Part shown: positions 16,506 through 21,315 of the stretch, piece by piece
Numbering within the stretch: position 1 is the stretch's first letter
How the letters are laid out: the number at the start of each line of letters is the position of its first letter
DNA from: Polyangia bacterium
GTDB taxonomy: Bacteria > Myxococcota_A > Polyangia > JAAYKL01
Assembly (NCBI GenBank): GCA_050287845.1
Contig: JBNKCR010000072.1
Location: forward strand, 1 to 21,315
Reading direction: 5' to 3'
Length of the DNA stretch: 21,315 nucleotides
Position numbers and translations under genes: made by a program
Notes under the pieces: model-generated
Seen by the model: the letters and a program-made list of their open reading frames with translations, nothing else
Database searches by the model: none
What the model was told of the DNA's origin: nothing

Positions 16506-17808
16506 TCAGGAGCCGCATAACAGCCGCATCTCAACGGAATGCCGCAACGCTCAGTCGGAACTCGCTGAACTGCACTGCGGTGACGCTCTCGAAAGGACAA
16601 GAGAAACGGCTCTTTCAGTCCATCTGTCTGAGTGCGACATCTGCGCGAGTATCGACAGAATCATGCGTAATCTGGGAGAACTTCCACCTGCTTCTAATGA
16701 AATGATCCGTCTTCGCACGGTTCGAGCCGCGCGCACCGCATATTTTGAGCACCGGAAACAACGCCTGGTTCTGCTTCGATGGGGGGCGGTCGCAGTCGCC
16801 GCCATGATGATAGCAGTGCTTTTACCTGTGCTGTTCAGCTCAAATGATGATACTCATACCGGCAACGTTCAACAGCTGGTTACGGGACAGAGACTCTCTC
16901 TCATGGGCGATAGGGTAACATTCTTTTCCAGCGCCGAAACGAAACTTGGCAGTGTTCTTACGTCGCCAGACACCATGCACATACGCCTTGACAGCGGCTT
17001 TGTATGCGCAAATATCGAACCTCACCCGGAACATAAAGTCCATTTTCGTGTTATTACCCCTCTGGGCAATGTTGACATCAGGGGAACCGTGTTTGCTGTG
17101 ACCGTATTCGATGACGATGTGCGGGTCGATGTGGTCCGCGGTGAAGTTGCCGTGGTTCCGGATGGCGCCTCCAATGTGTTTTCTGTTCGGGCGGGCTCTG
17201 TTTTTCATATGAAAACCCGACGAACTCAATCACTCGATGACGCCTCACAAATGCGCATCCGATCATTTCTGGGGATGCCGCAAAGAAAGTCGCTGATACC
17301 ATCGGCAGATGTTTCCGGGATGCCTTCCACAGTAAATCCTGCCGGGTCATTGGACTCCGATGATTCCGAAGATGCAGCTGTCCCGGCGCCGCCACGTTCC
17401 GGTGTCGTTCCCCCCCTGCCTCACCCTTCACTGAAAAAGCTTCTGGATGAGGCAACAGAGTGTCGCATAATCAAAGACTGGCATTGTGCCGCAAAGGCCT
17501 ATGGCGGAATAATCAGGCACTTCCCTGGACGTGCAGAGGCTGCAACGGCTATGGTTTCCCTGGGGCAGATTCAACTCAATCATCTTCATAAACCGTACAA
17601 AGCTCGTCAGAATTTCGTGCGTTATAAGAAGATACAACCTTCGGGCCCATTGTCGGAACAGGCGCTTCAGGGGATTGCGCGTACCAGTCGTGCCCTTGGA
17701 GATGTTCCGCGTGAAAAAGAAGCTTTAAAACTGTTCATTACCCAATATCCGTCGAGTCCTGCGGTGGAATTGGCACGGCAGCGTTTAAACGAGCTGCAAA
17801 AAAAATAA
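16498..17808 (+). CDS. Membrane-anchored anti-sigma factor: ZAS (zf-HC2-like) domain, TM helix, FecR-like domain, Pro-rich linker, C-terminal TPR
   Basis: GGAGG at 16487-16491 precedes ATG 16498, which overlaps the sigma stop. HLSECDIC (HxxxCxxC) at 16621-16644. TM WGAVAVAAMMIAVLLPVLF. FecR signature FRVITPLGNVDIRGTVFAV...VDVVRGEVAV. TPR helices ending FITQYPSSPAVELARQRL. Confidence 0.92.
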   Translation: MANQEPHNSRISTECRNAQSELAELHCGDALERTRETALSVHLSECDICASIDRIMRNLGELPPASNEMIRLRTVRAARTAYFEHRKQRLVLLRWGAVAVAAMMIAVLLPVLFSSNDDTHTGNVQQLVTGQRLSLMGDRVTFFSSAETKLGSVLTSPDTMHIRLDSGFVCANIEPHPEHKVHFRVITPLGNVDIRGTVFAVTVFDDDVRVDVVRGEVAVVPDGASNVFSVRAGSVFHMKTRRTQSLDDASQMRIRSFLGMPQRKSLIPSADVSGMPSTVNPAGSLDSDDSEDAAVPAPPRSGVVPPLPHPSLKKLLDEATECRIIKDWHCAAKAYGGIIRHFPGRAEAATAMVSLGQIQLNHLHKPYKARQNFVRYKKIQPSGPLSEQALQGIARTSRALGDVPREKEALKLFITQYPSSPAVELARQRLNELQKK

Positions 17809-17832
17809 TCGCCCTCATTTTCCTCATTTCCT

Positions 17833-17865
17833 CCCGCCCGATTTTTAAAGGCTTTGTCACCAGCC
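17833..17865 (+). promoter_or_regulatory. Putative ECF-sigma promoter, copy 2 (CCCGCCCGA-N11-TTTGTCACCAGCC)
   Basis: Blocks and spacer length are identical to 2712-2744(-). There are 16 nt between CCCGCCC and GTCACC. It lies just after the anti-sigma gene and 112 nt before ATG 17978. Confidence 0.65.
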
Positions 17866-17977
17866 ATATGACAGGCGGTCACTGTTTTTTTTTGAATCGA
17901 AACATTGATTGCTTTTCAAGATTTTCAAAGTGATTGAGTTCTCCTATTGCCTGGGGACAAACGAGAAAGGATGCAAC

Positions 17978-19309
17978 ATGAAAAAAAGATATTGGAAGAC
18001 GGTTTCATTGTGCGCGGTTTTATTAAGTGGGATTCTCATTGTCAGTTGTGCCGCAGGCAACGATGGGGAAGCCTCTGGCGATGATGCCGGGCCGCCTGTA
18101 TTGATTCACGAAGACCAGGACAGCAATGGCGACGAATGTGTGGATCGTGTGGCAGAGGAGACGTTCCGGTTTTCCCTGTGCACGTGTCGCGATGCCACTT
18201 CGATGGGCGTTCTGGAAACAGGTTCCTTTGACTCGCTGATTGATAAATACTGGCTGGTAGATTACGAAGTGGACGATTTTGGTGCGGCCATCGGAGTCAA
18301 TCGCAATCTGTATGTCCCCGGCGTACTCTCGGTTGGGGGCTCCGCTCTTCTGTCCGGCCCGGACGGCGTCAAGTTACCGGGACTGGCAACGGTGCAGGGG
18401 GATTTCAAAATCGACGGTACTGTGGAGTTTGAGGGTGTGCTGAATGTGGCAAGGGATCTTGTAATAGGGGAGAACTTCGTCAACTTTGGATATGCCAACA
18501 TCGGTCGGGATATTCATCTTGGCGGCGCCATGTCCATTCCGCTGCTCACTGTTCCCAAAGGGCAAATCATCAAAGAAAAATCGGATGTTTCGCCCCCGTG
18601 TGCCTGTGGCGCCGATGAGATACTGGACATCGAAGGTATCGTTGCAGATGCCCGAACGGATAACCAGGATGATATCATATCCATCAATCCCGATTGGTTA
18701 ACAGCGATTGTCGGGTATATGAATCTTGATCTTCCACCTGGTCGCTACTATTTCTCCGACATTGTCGGTGCGGGCAAACTCACCCTGAAAGTGACGGGAC
18801 ACACTGCGTTGTTTGTAGACGGGGACATGTTGCTTGCTGGAGATCTGGATATCGAACTGGGCGATAACGCGACGCTGGATATCTTTATTGCCGGTGATTT
18901 CAAGCTGGCGGGCGCCAATAACTTTGACAGCGTCAGGCGGCCATCGGCGCTTCGTTTTTATGTTGGCGGTACCAATGATGTCACCCTGACCGGCTACACT
19001 GCATTTGTGGGCAATCTCTATGCCCCCAACGCAAACGTGATTCTTACCGGTGCATCGTTCATTTACGGATCCATCTTTGCCGGGGACTTTCTCGCCATGG
19101 GGGATACTGCCATCTATTTCGACAGGGATATTAATAGAGGCGGAGATGATTGCGGCCCTCCGGATGTTGTCGACACTGACATTGACACCGATCCCGAGGT
19201 CTCCTGTGAGAGTTTCGACGGTGCCTGTGTCACGGACTCGGATTGCTGTGAACCCCTTGTATGTGACGAAGGCCAGTGTAAAGAACTCGATTGGCCGGCA
19301 GTTGAGTAG
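17978..19309 (+). CDS. Lipoprotein with Gly-rich beta-solenoid-like repeats and a C-terminal knottin-like Cys motif
   Basis: GAAAGGA RBS before ATG 17978. Lipobox IVS-C. Repeats GVLSVGGS/GLATVQGD/GVLNVARD/GYANIGRD. LPPGRYY...TALFVDGD...FVGNLYAPNA...IYGSIFA. C-terminal C-x6-C-x5-CC-x4-C-x4-C. Confidence 0.88.
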   Translation: MKKRYWKTVSLCAVLLSGILIVSCAAGNDGEASGDDAGPPVLIHEDQDSNGDECVDRVAEETFRFSLCTCRDATSMGVLETGSFDSLIDKYWLVDYEVDDFGAAIGVNRNLYVPGVLSVGGSALLSGPDGVKLPGLATVQGDFKIDGTVEFEGVLNVARDLVIGENFVNFGYANIGRDIHLGGAMSIPLLTVPKGQIIKEKSDVSPPCACGADEILDIEGIVADARTDNQDDIISINPDWLTAIVGYMNLDLPPGRYYFSDIVGAGKLTLKVTGHTALFVDGDMLLAGDLDIELGDNATLDIFIAGDFKLAGANNFDSVRRPSALRFYVGGTNDVTLTGYTAFVGNLYAPNANVILTGASFIYGSIFAGDFLAMGDTAIYFDRDINRGGDDCGPPDVVDTDIDTDPEVSCESFDGACVTDSDCCEPLVCDEGQCKELDWPAVE

Positions 19310-19464
19310 CTGTCAGGTATCCAAATATAATTCCAAATCAGATAAGTGGCCCGGGGCAGACAACAGAGCGCATCTTTTGCCGAATACAGGAAATTTAAAG
19401 CACCTTTTTCAGCAACTTGAAATCCGACAATACTGCCCGGAACTCCCTGTTTACATATCTTCAT

Positions 19465-19489
19465 AAAAAAAGCCTGATAAAAATCAGGC
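19465..19489 (-). terminator. Intrinsic terminator-like hairpin (minus strand; could also stop + strand transcripts)
   Basis: GCCTGAT-AAAA-ATCAGGC (19472-19489) is preceded by A7, which is a hairpin plus U7 on the minus strand. Confidence 0.65.
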
Positions 19490-19691
19490 GCCCTCTCGAA
19501 GATATTAGCCTGAAGTTCCCCCCTGAAAAAACAGACAAGTCAATCACAACAGTTTGAAATCACGCGTGAAACGCGTGGAACATTGATGTAAAAGCAGTCT
19601 GTATTTTTCTTCAATCTAAAAGCCGAAATTCAAAACAACCTTAATGGCTGTCATTTTTAGCGCAAATAACGAAAAGCGCTCATTGAAACCG

Positions 19692-19847
19692 TCACATCAT
19701 AGTGATCATATTCGACCAAACAAACACATGGATAGCACTTGCCAGCGGTAGTGCCAGAAATGATGGTTCAACCCATTCGAGATGCTTAGGAAAATCTCCA
19801 CGTTCCCATTTGCCAGCTAACTTGCGAACCTCTCTACTTTTTAACAT
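19692..19847 (-). pseudogene. 51-codon ORF whose first 27 aa resemble the N-terminus of an ABC/AAA-type (AAA_15/AAA_21, OLD-like) ATPase, truncated before Walker A
   Basis: GAAAGGA RBS 5 nt before the ATG. Reads MLKSREVRKLAGKWERGDFPKHLEWVE, then unrelated sequence. Recognition is from memory of family N-termini only. Confidence 0.45.
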
Positions 19848-20078
19848 ATCGTTCCTTTCAATGTTACCGAACAGCGTCTACAAGATGCTTCGCATAAAAG
19901 ATTACACGACTTGTGATGATACCCACCAATCATCAGCGCTATTGAACGTATCAAATACCGTCTGAAAACTTTGTACTTTTATTTTAACTGTTTTTAGCCG
20001 TCGTCAAATTGTTGCGGAAACATCCAGCTGAACCGCCCCGAATTTTGCGGAGGCTCCATAATTTGAGAGAATGGAGCC

Positions 20079-21311
<1,233 letters not shown>

Positions 21312-21315
21312 CCGA

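Noticed and set aside
19560..19583. CACGCGT-GAA-ACGCGTG hairpin resembling parS
   Set aside because: It does not fit the 16-bp TGTTNCACGTGNAACA palindrome (extra central bases and an unmatched left arm).

Overview
Accessory, lipoprotein-rich region, most consistent with a Myxococcota/deltaproteobacterial genome (inferred from Asp-Thr/Asp-Gly low-complexity lipoprotein stalks, myxobacterial-type Cys-rich repeats and a CglB-like VWA protein). In order, it holds: a 120-bp palindromic element; a tandem-VWA lipoprotein (-); a frameshifted FG-GAP/CRTAC1-like remnant; a 1.4-kaa modular alginate-lyase-family lipoprotein (+); a REP-like hairpin; an orphan cytoplasmic histidine kinase; an ISAzo13-like scar; a Cys-repeat/beta-propeller lipoprotein (-); a five-gene cluster (16-Cys lipoprotein, small beta-barrel protein, ECF sigma factor, ZAS-FecR-TPR anti-sigma, beta-solenoid/knottin-like lipoprotein); a truncated AAA-ATPase-like start; and an IS3-family (IS51 group) element with a frameshifted transposase running off the window end. 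The main result is an identical bipartite motif, CCCGCCCGA-N11-TTTGTCACCAGCC, about 110-125 nt upstream of two unrelated lipoprotein genes 15 kb apart. It has ECF-promoter spacing and suggests a FecR-type surface-signalling system with no TonB-dependent receptor in the locus, together with part of its regulon. All family assignments are from motif recognition by eye; no searches were run.
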